Assembly: GCA_964449965.1 (NCBI GenBank)
Contig: CAYVEO010000006.1
Location: forward strand, 308 to 64,307
DNA: 64,000 nt
DNA from: an uncultured Planctomycetia bacterium
Lineage (GTDB): Bacteria > Omnitrophota > Gorgyraeia > CAYVEO01
Direction of reading: 5' to 3'
Shown one piece after another: positions 54,683-62,804 of this stretch. Within the stretch, counting starts at the first letter, position 1. Each line of letters begins with the position of its first letter. The notes beneath the pieces were generated by a model that saw only the letters and a program-made list of their open reading frames with translations, searched no databases and was not told where the DNA came from. A program made the translations under genes and the position numbers.

Positions 54683-55987
54683 ATGAGAGAAGATAATAAT
54701 ATAAGAAAGAGACTGGAAAAGTCCGGGGCAAAACTACCGGAAAGAGTTGTCCAGAGAAAACTAAAGAGAGAAATACTCCCGTGGATGGGAAGAGAAGAAA
54801 TAATTGTGCTGACAGGCGCACGCCAGACAGGTAAAAGTGTCCTCATTTACCAGTTAATTTATGATTACCTTATCCCCAAGACAAAGAACATATATTATTT
54901 CAACCTTGATATTCCGCATCATCTTGATTTTATTTCTGATATAGACCATTTGATAAACTTAATAACCGGATCCCGGGGTAAGGTTTATCTGTTCATTGAT
55001 GAAATCCAGCGTTTGAAAGAACCTGGCCTTTTTCTAAAAGGACTTTACGACCTGCACTTGCCGTTAAAGATAGTAGTTTCAGGGTCAAGTTCATTGGAGA
55101 TAAAAAGTAAAATCCATGAGGCGCTCACAGGAAGAAAGATACTCTTTCATTTGAATCCCTTTGACTTTGAAGAACTTTCATGGGTACTGTTTCCAGGAAG
55201 AAACTTTACCGATGTAGCGAAAAATACAACTGATTTTCAGAAGGTTTTATACCATTACCTTACATACGGTAGTTATCCTGCTGTGGCTATGGAAAAAAAT
55301 GAAAGGAAGAAATTACGTCTCCTTGAGGAGATATTCCAGAGTTATTTAGATAAGGATATAAAAGCGTTCCTCAATGTAGAAAACGAAAATGCCTTCCGTA
55401 ATTTAATCAGACTTCTTTCTTCACAAATCGGCAGTTTAATAAATAAAGACGAATTATCCAATACTTTGGGTATCCATAAAAATACCCTGGATAATTATCT
55501 CTTTTTTTTAGAACAAACCTTTGTGCTGGATTTTGTAAGGCCCTTTTATAGGAATCCGAGAAAAGAACTTTTGAAGAATCCTAAGGTTTATTTCCGTGAC
55601 CTTGGAATGAGAAATTACACCATAGGAAGTTTTGGAGATTTTGAATTTCGTCCGGATAAAGGCAGCCTGTTTGAGAATTTTTCTTATCTCTGCCTGAGAG
55701 AAAAATTAAGCCCTTCGGTTCCAATTCATTTTTGGCGGACCAAGGCAGGGGCAGAGGTGGACTTTGTCATACTCCAGGGGCTTAAACCTATCCCCTTTGA
55801 AATTAAATCTACGAAATTGAAACAATTTAATATTACTAAATCACTCCGCAGTTTTTTAAAAATCTATCAATGTCAAAAGGCCTATTGTGTTAATCTATCT
55901 TTAAGTGGTTCTCGCAGACTTGGGAAAACAGAGGTAACTTTTCTTACACCGGCGGTTTTGACCAAAACAAAATTGCAACGTCAGTAA
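54683..55987 (+). CDS. AAA+ ATPase of the DUF4143 family
   Basis: Walker A GARQTGKS. Walker B LFIDEIQ. The C-terminal DUF4143-like region has no other domains. Confidence 0.75.
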   Translation: MREDNNIRKRLEKSGAKLPERVVQRKLKREILPWMGREEIIVLTGARQTGKSVLIYQLIYDYLIPKTKNIYYFNLDIPHHLDFISDIDHLINLITGSRGKVYLFIDEIQRLKEPGLFLKGLYDLHLPLKIVVSGSSSLEIKSKIHEALTGRKILFHLNPFDFEELSWVLFPGRNFTDVAKNTTDFQKVLYHYLTYGSYPAVAMEKNERKKLRLLEEIFQSYLDKDIKAFLNVENENAFRNLIRLLSSQIGSLINKDELSNTLGIHKNTLDNYLFFLEQTFVLDFVRPFYRNPRKELLKNPKVYFRDLGMRNYTIGSFGDFEFRPDKGSLFENFSYLCLREKLSPSVPIHFWRTKAGAEVDFVILQGLKPIPFEIKSTKLKQFNITKSLRSFLKIYQCQKAYCVNLSLSGSRRLGKTEVTFLTPAVLTKTKLQRQ

Positions 55988-56126
55988 ATAAATGATGCCG
56001 CTAAAATATTAGGCATAAGCAGAAAAACCTTGTGGGAAAAGATGAAGTTATATAGATTGGGCTGATAGTACAAACACCTCTTTAGAAAAAAATTTACGTC
56101 AGATTAATTCGCTAAAAATTTTTGGC

Positions 56127-56155
56127 TTGACTTTTGACTCCAAAAGTGGTAAACT
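56127..56155 (+). promoter_or_regulatory. putative sigma-70 promoter (TTGACT, 17 nt, TAAACT) giving a leaderless transcript for the 56162 gene
   Basis: The -10 element ends 6 nt before the ATG at 56162. No Shine-Dalgarno sequence is present. Confidence 0.35.
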
Positions 56156-56161
56156 TATACT

Positions 56162-56599
56162 ATGAGAGATGATATTATAGAGATTGATTTAGGGGGAATT
56201 TTAGGAGCTGTAGAATCGCCTTCGACACAACAGTTGACTTTATATATTTCCAATAAAGATAAGGATGGTAAAGAGATAAAGCACTTTCGTAGTTGGGTCA
56301 AGGAAGCGCAAAAAGTGCTCACAATTATCGGGAGAGGTTCAACTACGATGCCTCCTGCGGATGGCACTTGGTTAAGTCAAGAGAAAGACATTGATACCAT
56401 TGATGATTTAAATAATGAGGATATACTTTGGGAAAAGACTACATCAATATACACATATATTTATCCAGATAGATTTGAAAAGAATTTAAAATCGCTTAGG
56501 GAATTTCTACATAGATTTGGTCGGGAAACGAATCAAGGAGAAGTGGTATTTGAGTTTTCTGGTGAATTTTTCAGAATTCGTGAATACGATTCAAAATGA
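56162..56599 (+). CDS. hypothetical protein (145 aa), no recognisable domain
   Basis: Intact ORF with acceptable codon usage. Paired with the downstream 129-aa ORF. Confidence 0.4.
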   Translation: MRDDIIEIDLGGILGAVESPSTQQLTLYISNKDKDGKEIKHFRSWVKEAQKVLTIIGRGSTTMPPADGTWLSQEKDIDTIDDLNNEDILWEKTTSIYTYIYPDRFEKNLKSLREFLHRFGRETNQGEVVFEFSGEFFRIREYDSK

Positions 56600-56620
56600 A
56601 AATGAAACTTTGAGAAAGAG

Positions 56621-57010
56621 GTGAGTAAAATGGTAAAGGTAATTAAGAATATAGGACCAACTCAGAGACATATTAATCCTAAAGTTGTTGCTAAGACTTT
56701 GGGTGCAGATAGAATAGGAGTTAAGATAGATACGAGGCAAGGGCCGCTTTCTTTATTCTCTTTGCGGCAGTTTCTTGTAAACCGGTTGCGATCCAGTGGA
56801 GGTAGACCTGCATTGGTAGGGACTACAAAAAGGCGGAATAAAATACCTTTATTTGATGAAGATTGGATTAAACTTGAAATGATTGCTAAATATTACAAGG
56901 AAAAAGAAGGGATTAATGTAAGTCCTGGTCAAATAGCATCTGTTTTAGTTCATACAGATATATCAAAAATGGATACATCAAAGATGGCGTCTGTTTTAAA
57001 GGGTAGATAG
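56621..57010 (+). CDS. hypothetical basic protein (129 aa), no recognisable domain
   Basis: GAGGTGAG RBS 8 nt upstream of the ATG. Intact ORF. Confidence 0.4.
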   Translation: MSKMVKVIKNIGPTQRHINPKVVAKTLGADRIGVKIDTRQGPLSLFSLRQFLVNRLRSSGGRPALVGTTKRRNKIPLFDEDWIKLEMIAKYYKEKEGINVSPGQIASVLVHTDISKMDTSKMASVLKGR

Positions 57011-57076
57011 GTTTTAACAAAATCCTTATAATAAACTGTTGGGTAACATCTTCACAGATTTTGTCACGAAAAATAC

Positions 57077-57104
57077 TTGACAAAATTAAAGGATATGCTA
57101 TAAT
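57077..57104 (+). promoter_or_regulatory. consensus sigma-70 promoter with extended -10 (TTGACA, 16 nt, TGCTATAAT) overlapped by a TTGTCA-N10-TGACAA dyad
   Basis: Read from the sequence. Lies 34 nt upstream of the GTG start of the Rrf2 gene. Confidence 0.55.
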
Positions 57105-57137
57105 GTCCATAGAATTGATAGACATTGAGGGGAAAGA

Positions 57138-57590
57138 GTGAAGATATCAAAAAAGGGATTATATGCAATAGAGGCATTAATGTATTTGACAGATAATTTT
57201 GAAAAGGGTGTTGTCCCGATTCATGTAATTTCTGAAAACGAGCAAATACCCAAGAAATTTCTGGAACAGATTCTCTTGTTTTTAAAGAATGCGGACATAG
57301 TGGAAAGCGAGAAGGGAAAAGAAGGGGGATACCGTTTGAAAAATCACCCGAAAGAGATATCTTTAGGAAAAGTAATTCGTTTAATTGATGGACCTCTTGC
57401 TCCATTGAGCAATGCAAAATATTTGGAAGAGATGTCGGTAAAAGACGAAAGGCATTGCGGACTTTATCGGCTTTTGTTAGAAGTGAGAAACTGTGCAGCG
57501 AGACTATTGGACCAAACCAATTTTTATGATTTGTGCAGGTTGACAGAAGATATTAGAGAGAAGAGAAAAACAGCACAGCGTGCAAAGTAG
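57138..57590 (+). CDS. Rrf2-family transcriptional regulator
   Basis: MKISKKGLYAIEALMYLT...PIHVISENEQIPKKFLEQILLFLKNADIVESEKGKEGGYRL is the Rrf2 winged HTH. GTG start with a GAGGGGAAAGA RBS. Confidence 0.75.
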   Translation: MKISKKGLYAIEALMYLTDNFEKGVVPIHVISENEQIPKKFLEQILLFLKNADIVESEKGKEGGYRLKNHPKEISLGKVIRLIDGPLAPLSNAKYLEEMSVKDERHCGLYRLLLEVRNCAARLLDQTNFYDLCRLTEDIREKRKTAQRAK

Positions 57591-57651
57591 ATATTATTTT
57601 TTAAATAATAGTCTACTAATTAGATAGATATTATATAGATTTGGAGAATCA

Positions 57652-57897
57652 ATGGAAAATACACTTATAGATAAAGGCGAAGATAATCAAAAAGGGGAGA
57701 TAAATGTTTTTGATGATGTCCTAAAAAGAATCTCGCCAAAATTAAAAAGGATAACAAAAAAACTTGATGGATATTACTCGTTTATAGATGATGACGATTT
57801 ATTCCAGGAAGCATTGATTTATCTCTGGAATAATTTTAATGCTGGTAAATTAATAGACAAAACAGATGATCTTCCCCCGAAAAAGTGGACACAATGA
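57652..57897 (+). CDS. sigma-70 region-2-like N-terminal fragment, possibly truncated by the IS insertion
   Basis: DDDDLFQEALIYLWNNFNAGK resembles sigma region 2.1/2.2. The ORF stops at the left boundary of the IS3 element. Confidence 0.3.
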   Translation: MENTLIDKGEDNQKGEINVFDDVLKRISPKLKRITKKLDGYYSFIDDDDLFQEALIYLWNNFNAGKLIDKTDDLPPKKWTQ

Positions 57898-57944
57898 AGA
57901 GTTAGTGGTATGATAACTACTGGCTCTAAAAGAGGAGGTGTCCA

Positions 57945-58253
57945 ATGGAGGGAGAGAGGGGTAAGCATAAGCGTTTTGACAAAGATTTTAAGCTTTCGGC
58001 GGTAAAGATGATTACCGAAGGTGGCTATAAAGCGTCTGAGGTGGCAAGAAACCTTGATATTCATCCCAGCATGCTTTACAGCTGGAAGCGTAAATATGCC
58101 GATAACGGCGAGAAGGCCTTTCCGGGCAAAGGCCACTTAACAGAGATTGCCGCGCTCCGTAAGAGATTAAGAGAAGCCGAGATGGAGCGTGACATACTAA
58201 AAAAAGCAGTTGGCATATTTTCAAAAACAACGGAGAACGGTTCAGGTTCATAG
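57945..58253 (+). CDS. IS3-family transposase OrfA (HTH/leucine-zipper protein)
   Basis: FDKDFKLSAVKMITEGGYKASEVARNLDIHPSMLYSWKRKY is typical of IS3/IS911 OrfA. Confidence 0.85.
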   Translation: MEGERGKHKRFDKDFKLSAVKMITEGGYKASEVARNLDIHPSMLYSWKRKYADNGEKAFPGKGHLTEIAALRKRLREAEMERDILKKAVGIFSKTTENGSGS

Positions 58254-58267
58254 ATAGTCAGCGTTCT

Positions 58268-59113
58268 TTGTTTCCGCTCGGGAAGATGTGCCGGGTGCTG
58301 GAAGTATCGACGAGCGGTTATTACGCTTGGCGGAATAGGTCCAAGAGCCGCCGCGTGATAGATAACGAACGATTGCTCATTGAGATAAGACGTGTGTTTC
58401 TGGAACACAACCAGAATTACGGCAGTCCCAGGATATATCACGCTTTGCATAGGTCAGGCATACCATGTTCAGAGAACCGCATAGCCCGCCTCATGAGGGA
58501 GGATAATCTCGTGGCTGTGCAAAGGCGTAAGTTCCGCGCTACGACGGACTCTAAACATAACTGGCCGGTAGCGCCCAATATCCTGAATCGTGATTTCGTG
58601 ACGGATGCTCCCAGCAGGATATGGCTTACGGATATAACCTATGTCTGGACATGGGAAGGATGGCTGTATCTGGCGTTTGTGCTTGACTTGTATTATAGGG
58701 GCGTGATAGGATTATCAATGGCATCCAGAGTGACGGATGAGCTTACGCAGAAGGCGTTAAAACAGGCACTCTTGCGGCGTAATCCTCCTAATGGGCTAAT
58801 ACATCACTCAGACAGAGGCAGTCAGTATGCCAGCGGAGATTATCAGGAGCTTCTTAAGAAGCATGATATAATCCCGAGCATGAGTCGTAAGGGCGACTGC
58901 TGGGATAACGCCGTTGGAGAGAGTTTCGTGCATACGCTTAAGGTAGAGAAGATCAACCGGTGCCGGTTCAGGACAAGAGAACAGGCGAAGCAGGAGATAT
59001 TTGAATACATTGAGATGTATTATAACCGAAAAAGAGATCATTCGTCATTAGGTTATATGAGCCCTTTTGAGTTCGAAAAACGGCTCTTTACATCTCTACA
59101 AATAGTCCACTAA
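58268..59113 (+). CDS. IS3-family transposase OrfB (DDE integrase core); the reading frame actually opens at about 58199 via a -1 frameshift
   Basis: The -1 frame from 58199 reads KKSSWHIFKNNGERFRFIDSQRSLFPLGKMCRVLEVSTSGYYAW. IWLTDITYV...HSDRGSQYAS...GDCWDNAVGESF gives the D, D, E catalytic triad context. Confidence 0.9.
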   Translation: MFPLGKMCRVLEVSTSGYYAWRNRSKSRRVIDNERLLIEIRRVFLEHNQNYGSPRIYHALHRSGIPCSENRIARLMREDNLVAVQRRKFRATTDSKHNWPVAPNILNRDFVTDAPSRIWLTDITYVWTWEGWLYLAFVLDLYYRGVIGLSMASRVTDELTQKALKQALLRRNPPNGLIHHSDRGSQYASGDYQELLKKHDIIPSMSRKGDCWDNAVGESFVHTLKVEKINRCRFRTREQAKQEIFEYIEMYYNRKRDHSSLGYMSPFEFEKRLFTSLQIVH

Positions 59114-59173
59114 AAAGGGGAAGGTCAAGATAGTTATATTTTACAGGGGTGTTATTTCCATCTAAAGAACTAT

Positions 59174-59464
59174 TTGCGAAAGGTAAGAGACAAATTTGAG
59201 CGGGTGAGTCTTGATAATTTTATTGATGAAGATGGCAATTTATTTTTAGATGTTTTATCTAATAATAGGCTGGAAAATTTTGATAAGGAAGAAAATGAAA
59301 TATTACAAGATGATAACTTAACTGAAAGAGAGAAAGAGGTCTTGGCATTTTTGTTAGAAGGGTTGACATTAAGGGAGATTGGGGAAAAGATTGGCGTCTC
59401 ACATGTGATGGTCGTTAAAATAAAGAAAACCCTTCGCAGAAAACTTTCTGGTTACCAAAATTAA
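59174..59464 (+). CDS. small HTH protein with sigma-70 region-4/LuxR-type helix-turn-helix; possibly the C-terminal half of the IS-disrupted sigma-like gene
   Basis: LTEREKEVLAFLLEGLTLREIGEKIGVSHVMVVKIKKTLRRKL fits the region 4/GerE-type HTH. TTG start in the ORF track. Confidence 0.4.
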   Translation: MRKVRDKFERVSLDNFIDEDGNLFLDVLSNNRLENFDKEENEILQDDNLTEREKEVLAFLLEGLTLREIGEKIGVSHVMVVKIKKTLRRKLSGYQN

Positions 59465-59534
59465 GTTTTTTATACTTGTAATAGCATAATACCTTATTAC
59501 TTAACGAAGCAGGTATGGGGGATAGGTAGGTAAG

Positions 59535-59648
59535 ATGAAGAAACTAACAAACATAGAAAACCGTGAGTTTGAAGTCCATAACAGAGTTATGATGATGTGT
59601 TGCATGGCAATGTGTTGTCTTTGCGGTAGGGGAGGTCCGCCCATGTAG
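59535..59648 (+). CDS. 37-aa Cys/Met-rich micro-ORF (MKKLTNIENREFEVHNRVMMMCCMAMCCLCGRGGPPM)
   Basis: ATG at 59535 preceded by an AGGTAGGTAAG purine-rich RBS. Six Met and five Cys lie within 12 residues. Followed within 35 nt by an intrinsic terminator. Confidence 0.25.
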   Translation: MKKLTNIENREFEVHNRVMMMCCMAMCCLCGRGGPPM

Positions 59649-59680
59649 ACATAGTCAAATATAACTCATAGGGCGTGATA

Positions 59681-59730
59681 ACCCACTACCGAAAAAAGAA
59701 TAAAGCGGTAAGTGGGTTTTTTGTTTTTGT
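59681..59730 (+). terminator. intrinsic terminator / attenuator hairpin (ACCCACTACCG-loop-CGGTAAGTGGGT plus TTTTTTGTTTTTG)
   Basis: An 11-bp stem with one bulge followed by a T-run. It ends only 9 nt before the RBS of the porin gene, so no promoter can lie between it and that gene. Confidence 0.55.
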
Positions 59731-59745
59731 AGAAAGGAGAAAAAG

Positions 59746-60876
59746 ATGAAAGGTATTTCAGTTTTGACTTGGTTGTCAGTCAGTATTTTGGTCTTAACGA
59801 CTGCTTCCTGGGCAGCTGAATCTGACGTGGATAAGTTACTTGACCTTCTTGTAGAAAAGGGAGTGGTTAACAAAGATGATGCGGCAGGATTCAGGGCAGA
59901 TTTAGCAGTGAAAAAACAGGGGGAAAAGGAGACACAAAAAGAGTTTAATGTGATTTCAGGTAAGCCGATTAAGATAAGCGGCTATACCCAACTACGTTAC
60001 CAATTTCTTGAAGAGGATAAAAAGATAGATTCATTTGATATCAGAAGGGCAAGACTTGATATCAAGGGCGACGTAACGGAGAGGTTTGACTACCGTCTTC
60101 AGACAGACTTTGCGGGTTCTTCTGCTAAAGTACTTGATGCCACCATTGGCTATAAGTTTAATCCTTATCTGAAATTCACAGGGGGTCAATTTAAGATTCC
60201 ATTCAGCCAGGAGAACCTGATTTCAAGTCCGAAGTTAGAAACGATTAATCGTTCGCAAGTAGTAGAGGCATTGGTAGCACGAGGCAAGGATGTTATAGGT
60301 AACCAGAATGGACGGGATATTGGAATCCAGGTAGGCGGAAGTTCCCTGCAGTCAGGGGATAGATACCTTTTAGATTACGCATTAGGCGTATTTAATGGAG
60401 CAGGTATTAACACTTCAGATACCAATGAACAGAAGGACTTCGTGGGAAGACTGGTTTTTCATCCTTTAAAGGGGCTGGATATAGGTGGTTCTTACTATGA
60501 TGGAAAGGGTATTTGGGGGACGTCTTCAACAGGTCAAAACAGGGATAGAATTGGTGGTGAGTTTGCATATCAATATGAATCCCTGTCCTTGAAGAGTGAA
60601 TATATTACAGGGGAAGATGGAGCAACCGAAAAAGACGGCTGGTATCTGCAGGCTGGTTACTTCTTTATCCCAAAAAAATTACAGGGGGTATTGAAGTATG
60701 ACACCTATGACCCTGATACCAGTGTGGGTAGTGACGTAACTGATGTTTCTACCTTTGGCGTCAACTGGTATTTCAACAAGTGGGCATTCTTGCAGGTGAA
60801 CTATGAATTGAAAGATGAAGAAGGGAAAGAAAAAGACAACAATACCTTGGTTGGGCAGTTGACTTCACAATTCTGA
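59746..60876 (+). CDS. phosphate-selective porin (OprO/OprP family)
   Basis: Signal peptide. ISGYTQLRYQF...FDIRRARLDIKGDV...FKIPFSQENLISS and a C-terminal ...LTSQF match the Porin_O_P family. Directly upstream of pstS. Confidence 0.8.
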   Translation: MKGISVLTWLSVSILVLTTASWAAESDVDKLLDLLVEKGVVNKDDAAGFRADLAVKKQGEKETQKEFNVISGKPIKISGYTQLRYQFLEEDKKIDSFDIRRARLDIKGDVTERFDYRLQTDFAGSSAKVLDATIGYKFNPYLKFTGGQFKIPFSQENLISSPKLETINRSQVVEALVARGKDVIGNQNGRDIGIQVGGSSLQSGDRYLLDYALGVFNGAGINTSDTNEQKDFVGRLVFHPLKGLDIGGSYYDGKGIWGTSSTGQNRDRIGGEFAYQYESLSLKSEYITGEDGATEKDGWYLQAGYFFIPKKLQGVLKYDTYDPDTSVGSDVTDVSTFGVNWYFNKWAFLQVNYELKDEEGKEKDNNTLVGQLTSQF

Positions 60877-60880
60877 TAAC

Positions 60881-60916
60881 ACAGATTACACAGATGAAAG
60901 AACAGATTACACAGAT
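60881..60916. promoter_or_regulatory. four ACAGAT hexamers (as two copies of ACAGATTACACAGAT) between the porin gene and pstS, a possible PhoB-family regulator site
   Basis: Hexamers at 60881, 60890, 60902 and 60911 (spacing 9/12/9). Lie 18 nt upstream of the pstS RBS. Confidence 0.3.
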
Positions 60917-60933
60917 TAAAACTGGAGGATAAG

Positions 60934-61869
60934 ATGAGAAAAATAATCAGTGGTTTGTTGGTAATAAGTTTTTTACTTTTGTTGGTTAATGTAGGAAAAG
61001 CCGAGGAAAGACTTGAGGGCACAGTAACCCTATCAGGTGCATGGGCGATCTATCCTACTGCCGTTGCCTGGGCTGAAGGTTTCCAGAAATTGTATCCGAA
61101 GGTAAAGATTGATGTTTCTGCAGGCGGCGCAGGTAAGGGCGCTGCTGATGCCATTGCAGGATTGGTGGATATTGGGATGGTTTCACGAGACCCGGACCCG
61201 GCAGAGATTAAAAAAGGTATTCTGCCAGTTTACATCCTGCATGATGCAGTTTTTCCGGTAATAAGTGATAAAAATCCGGCTTTAGCCGATTTACTTAAAA
61301 GAGGTGTGAGAAGACAGGCTTGGATTGACGCTTATATTAGCGGCATAACCACTACCTGGGATGGGATAACCGGCGGTAAAGTAAATAAATCCCTTCATGT
61401 CTATACCCGCTCTGACTCTTGCGGTGCAGCAGCGAGTTGGGCGGCATATTTAGGTAAGAAACAAGAAGATTTACGTGGCGTGGGTGTTTATGGGGACCCG
61501 GGGCTACTTGAGGCAGCAAAAAGAGACCCTATAGGCATAGGTTATTCTAACTTTAGTTATGTATTTACTCGCGAAGGAACTGTGGTAAAAGGTGCAAAGT
61601 TAGTTCCTATTGACTCTAATGAAAACGGCATTGCTGACCCGGATGAAATTTACAATGACCGTGAAACAGCAATTAAAGCAATCCGTGCTGGCAGGTATCC
61701 TGCTACAAGAAAGAATTATTTCTTTGTCAAAGGCAAACCCAAAGATTTGGTGAAGGAATTCATTGAGTTTTCACTTTCTGACGAAGGCACTAAAATTGTT
61801 GATGAAGTAGGAACGAGTTTGTCTCTTCCCAAGACAGAAAGAGAAAAGATATTAAAGAGTCTGGAGTAA
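60934..61869 (+). CDS. pstS: phosphate ABC transporter substrate-binding protein PstS
   Basis: Signal peptide. TLSGAWAIYP...VSAGGAGKGAADAIAGLVDIGMVSRDP is the PstS family signature. Confidence 0.85.
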   Translation: MRKIISGLLVISFLLLLVNVGKAEERLEGTVTLSGAWAIYPTAVAWAEGFQKLYPKVKIDVSAGGAGKGAADAIAGLVDIGMVSRDPDPAEIKKGILPVYILHDAVFPVISDKNPALADLLKRGVRRQAWIDAYISGITTTWDGITGGKVNKSLHVYTRSDSCGAAASWAAYLGKKQEDLRGVGVYGDPGLLEAAKRDPIGIGYSNFSYVFTREGTVVKGAKLVPIDSNENGIADPDEIYNDRETAIKAIRAGRYPATRKNYFFVKGKPKDLVKEFIEFSLSDEGTKIVDEVGTSLSLPKTEREKILKSLE

Positions 61870-61879
61870 GAGGTGTAAT

Positions 61880-62803
61880 TTGGATAAGAGAAATTTCAAA
61901 GATGTTTTTGCAAGAAAGTTGATGTTTCTTCTTTGCGTGTTTGTTTTAAGTCTTGCTTTTCTTATGGCGTTTGGTTTATATCAAAAAGCCAAACCGATAT
62001 TAGCAATCAAATCAGTAAAAGAATTGCTCTTTTCAAGTACGTGGCATCCTACGCAAGGAGAATTTGGGCTGGCAAGTTTTATTACTGGCACACTCTGGGT
62101 TACTGGTATTGCTATGCTCATTGCTGTGCCACTGAGCATTTTGACAGCGCTCTTTCTTTCAGAATATGCGCCTAAGAGAATTCGTGATTTGGTTAAGCCA
62201 ATAATTGATTTACTTGCAGGAATTTCTCCGGTTGTCTATGGTGTCTGGGGAATAATTGCTATTGTGCCATTGGTCAGAGATTATCTTATGCCTTTCTTCA
62301 GTGAAAAGTTGCCATTCTTTCCTTTTGCCTCAGATAATTATACGGGCTTTACTGCTTTAACTGGAGGCATTGTTTTAGCCGTGATGACCTTTCCAATAAT
62401 CATTTCTGTTGTTGAAGAGGTGGTTAGGTCTGTACCTTTTGAGATAAGAGAGGCATCATTGGCTTTGGGTGCAACTAAGTGGCAGACCATAAAACATACA
62501 GTTTTACGAAAGGTTCGGCCAGGCATTATTGCAGCGATAATCCTGGGTTTATCCAGAGCATTCGGTGAAACTATGGCAGTTTTAATGGTTGCGGGTTGCG
62601 ATTTACACGGATTCCCTAAGTCAATCTTTGATACTGCCTACCCATTGCCAGCGCTTATTGCTAATACATATGGAGAGATGATGTCCATACCTTTATATGA
62701 TAGTGCAGTGCTTTTAGCTGCATTGTTCTTATTGATTGTAACAACTTTATTTAATATGCTTGGTTGGGGAATCTTACTTCGCATTGAAAGGGGAGAATCT
62801 TAA
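61880..62803 (+). CDS. pstC: phosphate ABC transporter permease PstC
   Basis: Six TM helices. EAA-like loop (EASLALGATKWQTIKHTVLRKVRPGI). Confidence 0.85.
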   Translation: MDKRNFKDVFARKLMFLLCVFVLSLAFLMAFGLYQKAKPILAIKSVKELLFSSTWHPTQGEFGLASFITGTLWVTGIAMLIAVPLSILTALFLSEYAPKRIRDLVKPIIDLLAGISPVVYGVWGIIAIVPLVRDYLMPFFSEKLPFFPFASDNYTGFTALTGGIVLAVMTFPIIISVVEEVVRSVPFEIREASLALGATKWQTIKHTVLRKVRPGIIAAIILGLSRAFGETMAVLMVAGCDLHGFPKSIFDTAYPLPALIANTYGEMMSIPLYDSAVLLAALFLLIVTTLFNMLGWGILLRIERGES

Positions 62804-62804
62804 T

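Larger units (their letters stand above)
57898..59160 (+). mobile_element. IS3-family insertion sequence (orfA/orfB with programmed -1 frameshift); boundaries approximate
   Basis: Encodes an IS3-type OrfA (HTH) and OrfB (DDE integrase). An A7G slippery run at 58199-58206 lies where orfB opens in the -1 frame. I could not define the terminal inverted repeats with confidence. Confidence 0.7.
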
